A DNA stretch of 56,448 nt from a virus (IMGVR_UViG_3300030098_000047:1-56448), one strand, 5' to 3'. Positions 38,878 through 46,949 are shown, counted from the stretch's first letter. A program made the numbers and translations. The notes: generated by a model from the sequence alone, not told the origin.

Positions 38878-39235
38878 CCATTTGTTTAGGTGGCATTAAC
38901 ATTACACCACCTTTTGCTTCTACTTGCATCTTTTCTGTTTTTACTAGACCTGTACGATCAAGTAGTTCTTTGGCAGCTTGCATCTTATCACGAATACCTA
39001 ACTCTGTAGGATCATACAATGCACCTACCATAGACATTGCAGCTTTAGGTGCATTACGTGCCATATAGGTCTGCGTTGCGTCTAGTATTTCTTCTTTAAG
39101 TGACTTTACTATTTCAGCAGATGATGTAGCGTCAGAGTATCCTGCAAGTTTCTTTGCAGTTATAATGTCTCCACCTGCCTCATCAAACAGTACAGCTAAT
39201 AGCTTTTGTTGTTTTTCTGTTAGTGCTCGTGTCAT
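38864..39235 (-). CDS. Terminase small subunit-like protein
   Basis: LTEKQQK..AKKLAGYS N-terminus and AAKELLDRTG, typical of TerS. Confidence 0.7.
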   Translation of the reverse strand: MTRALTEKQQKLLAVLFDEAGGDIITAKKLAGYSDATSSAEIVKSLKEEILDATQTYMARNAPKAAMSMVGALYDPTELGIRDKMQAAKELLDRTGLVKTEKMQVEAKGGVMLMPPKQMDDDD

Positions 39236-39624
39236 AGTTTTTGTCTTCCAAATAATAATAATATAAAGTTAAATATACCTCTACCCATTTCTGTAGGTGT
39301 TGGTAATAACCATCCTAGTAATAACAGGATCATTACCCAAGGTGGTATGTTTTGAATATTTAATTTTTCAACCATACCTGTTTCTATTTCTTTTGAAACT
39401 TCTGTAGTTACAACATCTCTACCTGCAGTAAGTTCTTCTGTTTGTTCTACGCTTACAACAGCCTGTCTGTTTTCTGCACCTATTTGTGCGTTAGAATTTA
39501 CCGTAGGACCGTCTGATCCTCCTAGCGGTAGCAGAGTACTCAAACCACAACCAGATAAAAATAGAACGAGTATTAACCATCTCACTATATTACTCCTGTT
39601 TATCTGCTTTATTAAAACAATCAA
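39232..39624 (-). CDS. Lipoprotein with a C-terminal TM (unimolecular spanin-like)
   Basis: Lipobox LFLSG^C after a hydrophobic stretch, plus C-terminal hydrophobic PPWVMILLLLGWLLP; next to the endolysin. Confidence 0.55.
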   Translation of the reverse strand: MIVLIKQINRSNIVRWLILVLFLSGCGLSTLLPLGGSDGPTVNSNAQIGAENRQAVVSVEQTEELTAGRDVVTTEVSKEIETGMVEKLNIQNIPPWVMILLLLGWLLPTPTEMGRGIFNFILLLFGRQKL

Positions 39625-39796
39625 ACTGCAAACCTAAATATTCGTTTTCTTCATACTTTTCCCAGTTTGCTTTCTGAGCAATTATCTGACATTGTTGCTC
39701 AGTAAATAATTCTTGCATAACATACTGATTACCTGTGTATACCCACTCTTGTCCAGTGTTACCCCACATGCTTATTACTAATACAAATTCTTTCAC
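39590..39796 (-). CDS. Hypothetical protein
   Basis: Coupled ORF in the lysis block. Confidence 0.65.
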   Translation of the reverse strand: MKEFVLVISMWGNTGQEWVYTGNQYVMQELFTEQQCQIIAQKANWEKYEENEYLGLQFDCFNKADKQE

Positions 39797-40263
39797 TACA
39801 TCAACTCAAAATGAGGTGCATCAATAAATGGTCTACGACCCTGTGATCTACGTAAATCTATATATGCCATCATAGCATTCTCTGCTGTTCCAGAGTATGA
39901 TCTAATATCTCCTTCAGACCATGCAGCTCCCCATTTAACAGATGCTTCAGTTTCTTCTGCTGCTTGTTTAAAAGCATCACAGATATTGTCATAAAGATTT
40001 AACTCCCATGATATATCTGACCCTATATAAGCTACAACATCTACAGCATGACTAAACCCATCGTCCTGTAACAAATGTTTACTAGCCATTGTTTGTGATC
40101 GACCTGCAGCTACATTAGCTTTTTGTTCCTCCAAAGTTCTTGTACCTTGTGTAACTCCAAAGTCTACATCTGTAAGTTGAATAGCTCTTTCTACTACTGC
40201 AGTCATAGCAGGATGTACTCCCTCAAGTTTATCCATTGATTTTTGACTTAATCTAAATGTCAT
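39796..40263 (-). CDS. Endolysin, M15 family L-Ala-D-Glu peptidase
   Basis: LEGVHP, GTRTLEEQ, SKHL..HAVD, WGAAW and FIDAPHFEL zinc motifs. Confidence 0.92.
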   Translation of the reverse strand: MTFRLSQKSMDKLEGVHPAMTAVVERAIQLTDVDFGVTQGTRTLEEQKANVAAGRSQTMASKHLLQDDGFSHAVDVVAYIGSDISWELNLYDNICDAFKQAAEETEASVKWGAAWSEGDIRSYSGTAENAMMAYIDLRRSQGRRPFIDAPHFELM

Positions 40264-40586
40264 CTCATATCCTTTTTCATTGCTACTTTATTACCCATTG
40301 GTTTTCCTGCCATATAAGCTGTAGCTCCCATATAAGCTGCTACTACACCAGTTTGTGCTATGTAAAATAACCCTAGTAAATCTGCAAGGGCATTTACTCG
40401 TGTATCTGATAGCAAAGGTGTAAATAAAATAACTGTAAATACAATCATCATTCCCATTGCTACCCACGCCATAAACTTTTGTGATTCAGCTTTTTCTTCA
40501 CGTAGCTCAACCTCAAGCATACGTTCTTTCATTGCTATTTCTTCTGCTGTAATTTTACCATCACCATCTACATCAAAGTCTATCAC
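40260..40586 (-). CDS. Putative holin with an N-terminal EF-hand-like loop
   Basis: Two TM helices, basic C-terminal tail, directly upstream of the endolysin; DVDGDGKITAEE. Confidence 0.6.
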   Translation of the reverse strand: MIDFDVDGDGKITAEEIAMKERMLEVELREEKAESQKFMAWVAMGMMIVFTVILFTPLLSDTRVNALADLLGLFYIAQTGVVAAYMGATAYMAGKPMGNKVAMKKDMR

Positions 40587-40589
40587 TAA

Positions 40590-40847
40590 TTATACTCTCC
40601 TGTACCGTTTAGAAGTTTTAGCTGCACCTTTAGGTTGTTTAGAAAACTGTTTACCTGCAGCTTTATCTTTTCTTTTTTTAGCAGTGCTTGCAGCATACTG
40701 AGAACTAGACATTGCTTTTATTGCAGCCTCGGGCAGGTATCGTTCACCAGTAGCTTTTGGTCCTTGCGTAGAAGGTTTACCACTTTTAGTTCTCCACTTT
40801 TGTTTTGTCCAACTGTCAAGACTTCTTTGTGATTTTGCTTTAGCCAT
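40590..40847 (-). CDS. Basic protein (C-half of a DUF5872-like protein)
   Basis: QRSLDSWTKQKWRTKSG..ERYLP..KKR..GKQF. Confidence 0.7.
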   Translation of the reverse strand: MAKAKSQRSLDSWTKQKWRTKSGKPSTQGPKATGERYLPEAAIKAMSSSQYAASTAKKRKDKAAGKQFSKQPKGAAKTSKRYRRV

Positions 40848-41301
40848 TTATTATCCATGCTATTAATATTAAAGCACCTATACCTGAAACTACTAATAAA
40901 CCTGTAACTGTCCAAGTTATAATTGCTTCAATCATTTCTGCTTTACGATACTCTTGTTCTTTCTTTTGTTTACGTATTCTACCTTCAGTAGCCACTAGTT
41001 CATCCCAAACTGACGGACCATATGTAAAACTAATCCAGTCCTTTAGCTCTTGACGCATAGCCTCTGCTTTTTTTTTAGCTGTAAATATTTCTAAAGCTTC
41101 AGCCTCAACAGACTGTCCGTTTAACGCTTTCCACCAAGGAGGGTTTTTATTTTTTTGTTCTAGGTAAGCTAGATCGCTCATGCTACTAGCCCACTGGTTT
41201 AATTGACCACCCATTTCTTGAAGATCTTTTCCAAACTGGAAACCTTTCTTCAAAGCATTAAAGGCTACAGTTGCACCACCGATAATTGTAACTGGGTCCA
41301 T
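40840..41301 (-). CDS. Hypothetical protein with a C-terminal TM helix
   Basis: MDPVT..A..AF..KKG N-terminus, coiled coil, then TM. Confidence 0.75.
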   Translation of the reverse strand: MDPVTIIGGATVAFNALKKGFQFGKDLQEMGGQLNQWASSMSDLAYLEQKNKNPPWWKALNGQSVEAEALEIFTAKKKAEAMRQELKDWISFTYGPSVWDELVATEGRIRKQKKEQEYRKAEMIEAIITWTVTGLLVVSGIGALILIAWIING

Positions 41302-41309
41302 TTTAGCCT

Positions 41310-41540
41310 CTAATTTTTATAGCCGCCTCCTGCAGCTTTATACGCCTTTGCAAGCATCTGAGCTTTACGTGCAGACCATTGACCTGCACCGCCACCTTTA
41401 CTTCCTGCTTTTATCCTATTAAAAATATTTTTACGCAAAGTAGGTTTAGTATAGTTACCTGCTTTATTTACAGTACTACCCTTTGATAATTTAAGTGGTT
41501 TAACTTTACGTTTAGTAGTAGTTCGCTTCTTTATAGCCAT
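41310..41540 (-). CDS. Basic protein (N-half of a DUF5872-like protein)
   Basis: NYTKPTLRK..KAGSKGG.AGQWSARKAQMLA..YK.AGGGY. Confidence 0.75.
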   Translation of the reverse strand: MAIKKRTTTKRKVKPLKLSKGSTVNKAGNYTKPTLRKNIFNRIKAGSKGGGAGQWSARKAQMLAKAYKAAGGGYKN

Positions 41541-41559
41541 ATCTTATAACTCTTTTTTG

Positions 41560-41796
41560 TTATGCTTTTTTCTTAACTTTCTTAATAACTTTAGTTGTCC
41601 ATGCCTCATTTACATCTGGAGTAGAAGGATCATCTCCTACAAGTTGACCCTTCTCATTACGAGCACGTACTTTTACTTCTTCTGTATCTTTTACAAAATC
41701 TAATACAGAAGGATCTTTAGTGTGCCATTCTCCACGAATATATTCTGCAAGAACAGCACCGTATTGATCTACTACCTTGTCACCTTCTATTTTCAT
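41560..41796 (-). CDS. Hypothetical protein
   Basis: RARNEKGQLVGDDPSTPDVNEAW motif seen in marine podoviruses (recall). Confidence 0.75.
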   Translation of the reverse strand: MKIEGDKVVDQYGAVLAEYIRGEWHTKDPSVLDFVKDTEEVKVRARNEKGQLVGDDPSTPDVNEAWTTKVIKKVKKKA

Positions 41797-42239
41797 CTTT
41801 TATTCCTTTTAGCTGCTCTACCTTTAGAGTAACCTTTTTTCTTCATGCCGCCACGTGCCATACCTTTTTTCTTGGTCATGCCACCTTTTTTCATAAAGCC
41901 CATTTTATTACGTACAGCTTTAGGTAATGATGCTGCACCTTTGTTTGGTGCAGGTTTTAAACCACCTTTAGAGTAGCCTTTTTTCTTCATGCCACCACGT
42001 GCCATACCTTTCTTTTTCATACCACCACGTGCCATGCCTTTTTTCTTTTTCATTGCACCGCCTCTAGCCATGCCTTTTTTCTTTTTAGGTGTACCACCTT
42101 TAGCCATGCTTCTTTTTACGCCAGAACTATCACTTTTAGTAAGTCCTAACATATCTGCTACTTCAGATTTAGTTAACCCTAATATCTTTATCATTTTATT
42201 AAAGTCTGATTTTTTTGATCCGTTTGGTTTTGATGCCAT
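41793..42239 (-). CDS. Lys/Gly/Met-rich repeat protein (KKKGMARGG repeats)
   Basis: About eight [MY]x[RK]G[GR] units; imperfect DNA repeats at ~41820-42110. Confidence 0.75.
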   Translation of the reverse strand: MASKPNGSKKSDFNKMIKILGLTKSEVADMLGLTKSDSSGVKRSMAKGGTPKKKKGMARGGAMKKKKGMARGGMKKKGMARGGMKKKGYSKGGLKPAPNKGAASLPKAVRNKMGFMKKGGMTKKKGMARGGMKKKGYSKGRAAKRNKR

Positions 42240-42241
42240 TT

Positions 42242-42919
42242 TTATTTCTCCTGATATAAATTATTAAATACTCTATCTGTATCCCATACATAGTCTACAT
42301 CTTCTTTAGAGTTAAAGATATTTTGATTTGGTCTAAAGTCTGGAGCACCTTCACCAGTCTCAAACCAAGCAGGGTGAGTTACTCTCACTCTGTTATTGGG
42401 TAACGCAACCATGTTACCTGTATACTCACCTGCATCTAGTAACTCTAATACATGTGACTGTTTGTGTTGTGCAGGATCATCTGCTACTTCACTTTCAGTA
42501 TAGTCTACAGTAAAGTAGTATTTTGCAGGATAAAACTCCCCATCTACTTTAGCTATCCAAGGGGCAGGACTTGCACGTTCCAGTTTATATACTGAGTGTG
42601 TATGAGACATACAATCCCAAGGCTGTGCTAAATAAGGTGGTAGTTCTGTAGGCCACTCTTCTAGGGGAGTATCTGCCACAAGTGCCGTAAGAGGCATTCT
42701 AGCCCACATTGCACCACCATGCACATTAGGGCTATCATCTTCATCATCTGATTCACATCCAGTAAAGATAACCTGAAAACTTAACGTTCTGTTTGGCATA
42801 GACGTTACTGCTATTACCATACAGTGCAGGAACTCACCGTGATACTCCTGCATATTTTTTGTGTATTCTCTTCTTACCCATGCTTTAAAGTAGGGTATAT
42901 TACTTTGTAGATACGCCAT
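42242..42919 (-). CDS. Hypothetical phage protein (start corrected to MAYLQSNIP)
   Basis: HGGAMWARMP, QPWDC, YYFTVDY, QHKQSHV and ALPNNR motifs. Confidence 0.8.
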   Translation of the reverse strand: MAYLQSNIPYFKAWVRREYTKNMQEYHGEFLHCMVIAVTSMPNRTLSFQVIFTGCESDDEDDSPNVHGGAMWARMPLTALVADTPLEEWPTELPPYLAQPWDCMSHTHSVYKLERASPAPWIAKVDGEFYPAKYYFTVDYTESEVADDPAQHKQSHVLELLDAGEYTGNMVALPNNRVRVTHPAWFETGEGAPDFRPNQNIFNSKEDVDYVWDTDRVFNNLYQEK

Positions 42920-43205
42920 TCTTTTTATGTTTCCTCCGCAAGTCTGCTTTAGCTTGTTTAAAGACATTTGCTATAGATGTCTTACCCATAACTTTAGCAC
43001 GTTGTTCAGCTACTGTCAATATCTGAATCTTTCTTGCATAAGGTTTTTTTATTCTTTTTACTTTTGCTACAGTAGCTCTGGAATCAGCCATTGTAGCAAA
43101 CTTAATGGATACCGTATCTTTAGGATTCTCATCCGTATATAGTCTACGTCCAGACCCTTTAGGTTTTTTACCTGTTCCTACTTTTGGGTCTTTTTGCTTT
43201 GCCAT
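42900..43205 (-). CDS. Basic hypothetical protein
   Basis: KDPKVGTGKKPKGSGRRLYTDENPKDTV. Confidence 0.75.
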   Translation of the reverse strand: MAKQKDPKVGTGKKPKGSGRRLYTDENPKDTVSIKFATMADSRATVAKVKRIKKPYARKIQILTVAEQRAKVMGKTSIANVFKQAKADLRRKHKKNGVSTK

Positions 43206-43317
43206 TACGAATTATACCTTTTAAAGTCTTTGCTTGACCTTGATGTGTTTTTACAGCTTTATTCAAACCTTTTATAACACCTTTTACTCTTTTTTTATTT
43301 CCTCTTGATAATGCCAT
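43168..43317 (-). CDS. Small basic protein (MALSRGNKK...)
   Basis: ORF in the basic-protein cluster; start inferred. Confidence 0.55.
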   Translation of the reverse strand: MALSRGNKKRVKGVIKGLNKAVKTHQGQAKTLKGIIRNGKAKRPKSRNR

Positions 43318-43321
43318 TTTT

Positions 43322-43417
43322 TTACGCCTTACAATTACAATTTGGACCACAATGTTTATTTAGAATAGCACAACCTATTCTTTTTAAATAACGCCCTAAC
43401 CATTTTATTATTTTCAT
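43322..43417 (-). CDS. 31-aa Cys-rich peptide (MKIIKWLGRYLKRIGCAILNKHCGPNCNCKA)
   Basis: Hand-translated; AGGAG RBS; ATGA overlap with the upstream gene. Confidence 0.5.
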   Translation of the reverse strand: MKIIKWLGRYLKRIGCAILNKHCGPNCNCKA

Positions 43418-43608
43418 AGTGAAACTCCTGTTTTAACATTTATACACTGTGGTCTTGCTAGATAACCTCTACTCTGAAAATACCTAGCTACAATTAATGC
43501 TTCATCAAAACATGACTCTTCTGTAGGAAAAGTTGCTTCTGTTTTTGGAAATACTTCACAAGATATTGCTGCAGGTGTACTGCAGAGAAGCACAAATGCA
43601 ATCCACAT
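43414..43608 (-). CDS. Small Cys-containing protein with a hydrophobic N-terminus
   Basis: MWIAFVLLC..C..FPTEESC..C pattern. Confidence 0.6.
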   Translation of the reverse strand: MWIAFVLLCSTPAAISCEVFPKTEATFPTEESCFDEALIVARYFQSRGYLARPQCINVKTGVSL

Positions 43609-43694
43609 TAGATATCAACAATTACCATTGCAGCAGCTAGGCTTACCCATATTGATACAATGAAAAGTTCTAATTTATTTAATTTACATTTCAT
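43608..43694 (-). CDS. 28-aa membrane peptide (MKCKLNKLELFIVSIWVSLAAAMVIVDI)
   Basis: Hand-translated; fills the gap exactly with coupled start and stop. Confidence 0.4.
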   Translation of the reverse strand: MKCKLNKLELFIVSIWVSLAAAMVIVDI

Positions 43695-44549
43695 TTATCT
43701 AAATAGACCACCTTTACGCATATCTGTATGAACTGCTTTCATTAGACCACCACTATTCTTTTTTAACTTTGCAAAATCTGGAATAGGCAATGGTTTTACT
43801 TTTTTCTTACGACCTGCTGAAGCTCTTGCTTTTCCCATCATAACTTCTGCTGTATCTTTTTTATCTATAGCTTTCATAATATCGTCATACTGAGATTGCG
43901 TAATTTTATTTGCTCGTAGATCTTTACCTGCTTTTACAATAGCATCTGCACGAGACATACTTGTGTAAGATGACATCATACCTAGACCTTCTTTTTTATT
44001 ACGTTGTGTAGTGCCTATTGTTCTTACTTTACCAAAACCTGCTCTAGCACGTTCTTCTGCAGACTGTCTTCTTTTAGCAGGATCTTTTGGTGCATCTTTT
44101 TTAGCAGGTGTCTCTGCTCTTTTACGTAGAACTTCTTTTTGATCTGCTATTGCACTTCTAAGAGTTTTCTTTCTAGTGGTCTTCTGAGCAGTGTCTAAAC
44201 TTTTTAATGCATCTATTTCTTTTACCATAGTGCTTTGTAAACTTGTTAAAGATTGAGGTGTAGGAGCATCTTTAATACGCTTCCTCTGTGCTGCTGTCAG
44301 GTTTCCACCTGCACTTTGAACACGACTGTCAGCAGGTTTCTTTGCTTTATCTGCTGCTCTTTCTCTTGTGGTCTGTTTAAATGCAGGACCACCAGAGGGT
44401 TTTGAGGCAGGTGCATTTCTTTTTACTTTACTTTGTGCACTTAATTTTTCTTCTACATCTTTTCTTAAAGCACGTTTAGCTTTAAATTTAGGTTTTGGGT
44501 CAGCTTTTTTTGCTGCCTTTGCAACTTTTCTTGCTAATCTTATTACCAT
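43695..44549 (-). CDS. Highly basic, low-complexity protein
   Basis: K/R/A-rich, 284 aa; ends MRKGGLFR; AAGGA RBS. Confidence 0.75.
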   Translation of the reverse strand: MVIRLARKVAKAAKKADPKPKFKAKRALRKDVEEKLSAQSKVKRNAPASKPSGGPAFKQTTRERAADKAKKPADSRVQSAGGNLTAAQRKRIKDAPTPQSLTSLQSTMVKEIDALKSLDTAQKTTRKKTLRSAIADQKEVLRKRAETPAKKDAPKDPAKRRQSAEERARAGFGKVRTIGTTQRNKKEGLGMMSSYTSMSRADAIVKAGKDLRANKITQSQYDDIMKAIDKKDTAEVMMGKARASAGRKKKVKPLPIPDFAKLKKNSGGLMKAVHTDMRKGGLFR

Positions 44550-44567
44550 TTTAGTATTCCTTAATAA

Positions 44568-44858
44568 TTAACATTTCCAACGCCTACGTGCTTGACGTAG
44601 TCTTGAGTTAGGATTTTTAGCTGCTTTGGGAAACTTTTTCATTTGCCCTGCACTTCTAGCACAAAAAGACTTTCTACGAGCAGCAGCCTTACTACCTTTT
44701 TTTACTTTACCTGTGACAGCAGTTTTTAGTTTAGATCCTGGGTTGTCTCTACGATATTTAGCTACACCTTTGGCTGTCATACCTGCTCCCTGCTTTGTGG
44801 GGCGTTTATGACCGCCTTTAATAGTGTGTCCTTTCATAGAGCCTTTTTTACTAGCCAT
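44568..44858 (-). CDS. Basic protein (DUF6321-like)
   Basis: GMTAKG..NPGSKLK..RRKSFCARS.GQ..SRLRQARRRWKC. Confidence 0.75.
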   Translation of the reverse strand: MASKKGSMKGHTIKGGHKRPTKQGAGMTAKGVAKYRRDNPGSKLKTAVTGKVKKGSKAAARRKSFCARSAGQMKKFPKAAKNPNSRLRQARRRWKC

Positions 44859-45057
44859 CAGTCCAACCTTCCATACGCATTGCCCACTCTACATGCTCTA
44901 ACGTAAAAGGTCTACCGTAGTGAGCCTGTACAGCTTCACGTACATAGAATACATCACTGTGGGGTATGTGCAAATCTTCAATGTTACCGTCAAGTACATG
45001 TTTATAAAACTCATCAAGAACATTGTCAGTATATAGTTTTACTGATTTTTTACCCAT
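44851..45057 (-). CDS. Hypothetical protein, first gene of the late arm (start inferred at MGKKSV)
   Basis: LHIPHSDVFYVR motif. Confidence 0.6.
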   Translation of the reverse strand: MGKKSVKLYTDNVLDEFYKHVLDGNIEDLHIPHSDVFYVREAVQAHYGRPFTLEHVEWAMRMEGWTDG

Positions 45058-45063
45058 TGTCAA
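45035..45063 (-). promoter_or_regulatory. Sigma70-like promoter
   Basis: TTGACA(45063-45058)-N16-TAAAACTATA. Confidence 0.55.
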
Positions 45064-45213
45064 GAACTTTCTGCAATTTATTACAAAAAATATTAATTGC
45101 ACTACTCACTTATAGTGTAACATTTAAGTGTATCTTAGTTAAGTATAATTATATTTAAGATATATAATCTTTAAGTGTAATCACTTTAAGTGAGTCTTAG
45201 TTTAGTTATATAT

Positions 45214-45242
45214 AGTTTTACACATTTTACAGCCTGTGTCAA
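45214..45242 (-). promoter_or_regulatory. Sigma70-like promoter of the late arm
   Basis: TTGACA(45242-45237)-N16-TAAAACTATA. Confidence 0.65.
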
Positions 45243-45625
45243 CCCCCAATCGTAAAAAAACATATTTTCTGTAACCAAGTTGTGTGTATACCACTATGTA
45301 TGCAATGTGGTTAACACTCATTTTTCCTGATCTGTGTAGATATACATACATATATACGCACACCCCCCGTCTGCCCCCTGCCTACCCTGCTGCTCACTAC
45401 GCAATTACGTGCATTATGCAATGCCATGACGTATGGTGACTAGGAATCATCTGACACATTCCACCATTCCCAGAGGAATGTATTTGTATTCAGTGACTTA
45501 GTTGTCTACAACAACTGTTATACAATCAGTTGCCACTATAAATAGTGTAAGAAGGGCTGACATATCACAACAAGGTTGTGTTGCAATGCCGATGCTTATT
45601 TTTACCCTACCCCTATTGGGGTAAC

Positions 45626-45641
45626 TGTCCGATGTCGGACA
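45626..45641. repeat. 16-bp palindrome TGTCCGATGTCGGACA, copy 1
   Basis: Read directly from the sequence. Confidence 0.95.
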
Positions 45642-45871
45642 CTTGGAACAAACAGAGAACTTGAACCTCGTGTGAGTTTGGCGCATGTACTTCAGAACAC
45701 TGAAGGTGTTCTTGCAGTCACCTGTGAAACGGCAAGCGCAGAGGATCACGTGAAGCAGCAACTCAAACTTATACTATCTTCTATACGTTTTTAGTGATAA
45801 TATATATCTCACTTTAGGGTGAGAGATATATATTCTCACATAAAAACTGAAGATAGATAAAGGAGGCCACC

Positions 45872-46474
45872 ATGGCAAAATCAGTTTCAATCAGCAAGTC
45901 AACTAAAGAAGGAACTTCTTTGGACACTCTAGTAAAAGAAGGCAAAGCCTTATACTCAATCTGGAGACAGACTAACAGTCTGAAAGACTCAACAAAAGCC
46001 AAGGGCTTTGATACAAGGCTTGGTAAACTCTTACAAGAGTTGAAAGCTCAGTCACCACTAGATAGTGGTCAAATCAGCAGACAAACTTTGGCAACATATC
46101 ATGTTGACAAGATTGACAGAAGAAGAAGAGCAGAAGCTCTTTGGTTCGTTGAAAACGAAACTGAGTGTCGTGACTTTATGAAATCCTCAAAGAAAGGATT
46201 CACTTCACTTTCTGCTTTACAGAAAGCAATGGCTAAAGCTTCTAAAGAAGCCAAGGCAAACAGCGAAGCTGAAGCTACTACTGAGGAACCTTCTAAAGAA
46301 GAAGTGTCCGATGTCGGACAGTCTAAGTCAAAACCATCTAAAGATGATATCGTGAAAAGTATCATCAAAGCTTGTCAATACTCTGGTATTGATTTACTTG
46401 ACATTGCTGAAGCATTGATGGAAATTGATACAGTCAGCGAAGCTGAAGAAGCGGAAACAAAGGTAGCAGCGTAA
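45872..46474 (+). CDS. Early hypothetical protein
   Basis: Strong AAGGAGG RBS; first gene of the early arm; ends in VAA. Confidence 0.85.
   Translation: MAKSVSISKSTKEGTSLDTLVKEGKALYSIWRQTNSLKDSTKAKGFDTRLGKLLQELKAQSPLDSGQISRQTLATYHVDKIDRRRRAEALWFVENETECRDFMKSSKKGFTSLSALQKAMAKASKEAKANSEAEATTEEPSKEEVSDVGQSKSKPSKDDIVKSIIKACQYSGIDLLDIAEALMEIDTVSEAEEAETKVAA
46305..46320. repeat. 16-bp palindrome, copy 2 (inside a CDS)
   Basis: TGTCCGATGTCGGACA, exact. Confidence 0.95.
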
Positions 46475-46503
46475 GCTGTTACCACTTTAAACGGAGTTTA
46501 ACA

Positions 46504-46743
46504 ATGCAAGATTATTCTTATTTCAGTGATTTACACAAAGACGTCTATGGCTTTAGGCCACGTAACATTCAGCCTACTGCTGAATTGATGGACTATTTAC
46601 AGTCTGAACTTGATCGTCAGATCAAGGAAGAACGTGAAGAACGTCAAAGAGAAATTGACATATGTATGTCAGTCGGGGCAGTGGACGAAGAACAAGCTTT
46701 GCATTGGATAGATCAAGCTGAGTATTCAGCTTATTGGGGATAG
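46504..46743 (+). CDS. Early hypothetical protein
   Basis: FSDLHKDVYGFRPR motif common in phage early genes; GGAG RBS. Confidence 0.8.
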   Translation: MQDYSYFSDLHKDVYGFRPRNIQPTAELMDYLQSELDRQIKEEREERQREIDICMSVGAVDEEQALHWIDQAEYSAYWG

Positions 46744-46744
46744 T

Positions 46745-46930
46745 ATGAAATACATACAAATGAATAACAGGCGTTACAATACGTCATCTATGCGACTAGT
46801 CGAAAGACTAGAAGAAGCGACTAGACCTATTAGTCGTAAGGAAGAATTGCAGCGTAAGCTGTTTCAAGAAAAGATGAAACGGTATGGTTCTAACAGTGTC
46901 AAGGACACTGGGTGGTATGTTGTCGAATAA
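46745..46930 (+). CDS. Early hypothetical protein
   Basis: ORF in operon context. Confidence 0.6.
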   Translation: MKYIQMNNRRYNTSSMRLVERLEEATRPISRKEELQRKLFQEKMKRYGSNSVKDTGWYVVE

Positions 46931-46949
46931 CAACTTTAATAGTCTCATA

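Larger units (their letters stand above)
45100..45870. other. Divergent non-coding control region (candidate origin / physical genome end)
   Basis: Strand switch point with AT-rich TTAAGTG repeats, a C-rich tract, palindromes and no convincing gene. Confidence 0.65.

Noticed and set aside
45498-45794. ORFs 45576-45794 (+) and 45498-45761 (-)
   Set aside because: No RBS, atypical composition, and they overlap regulatory palindromes; probably non-coding.
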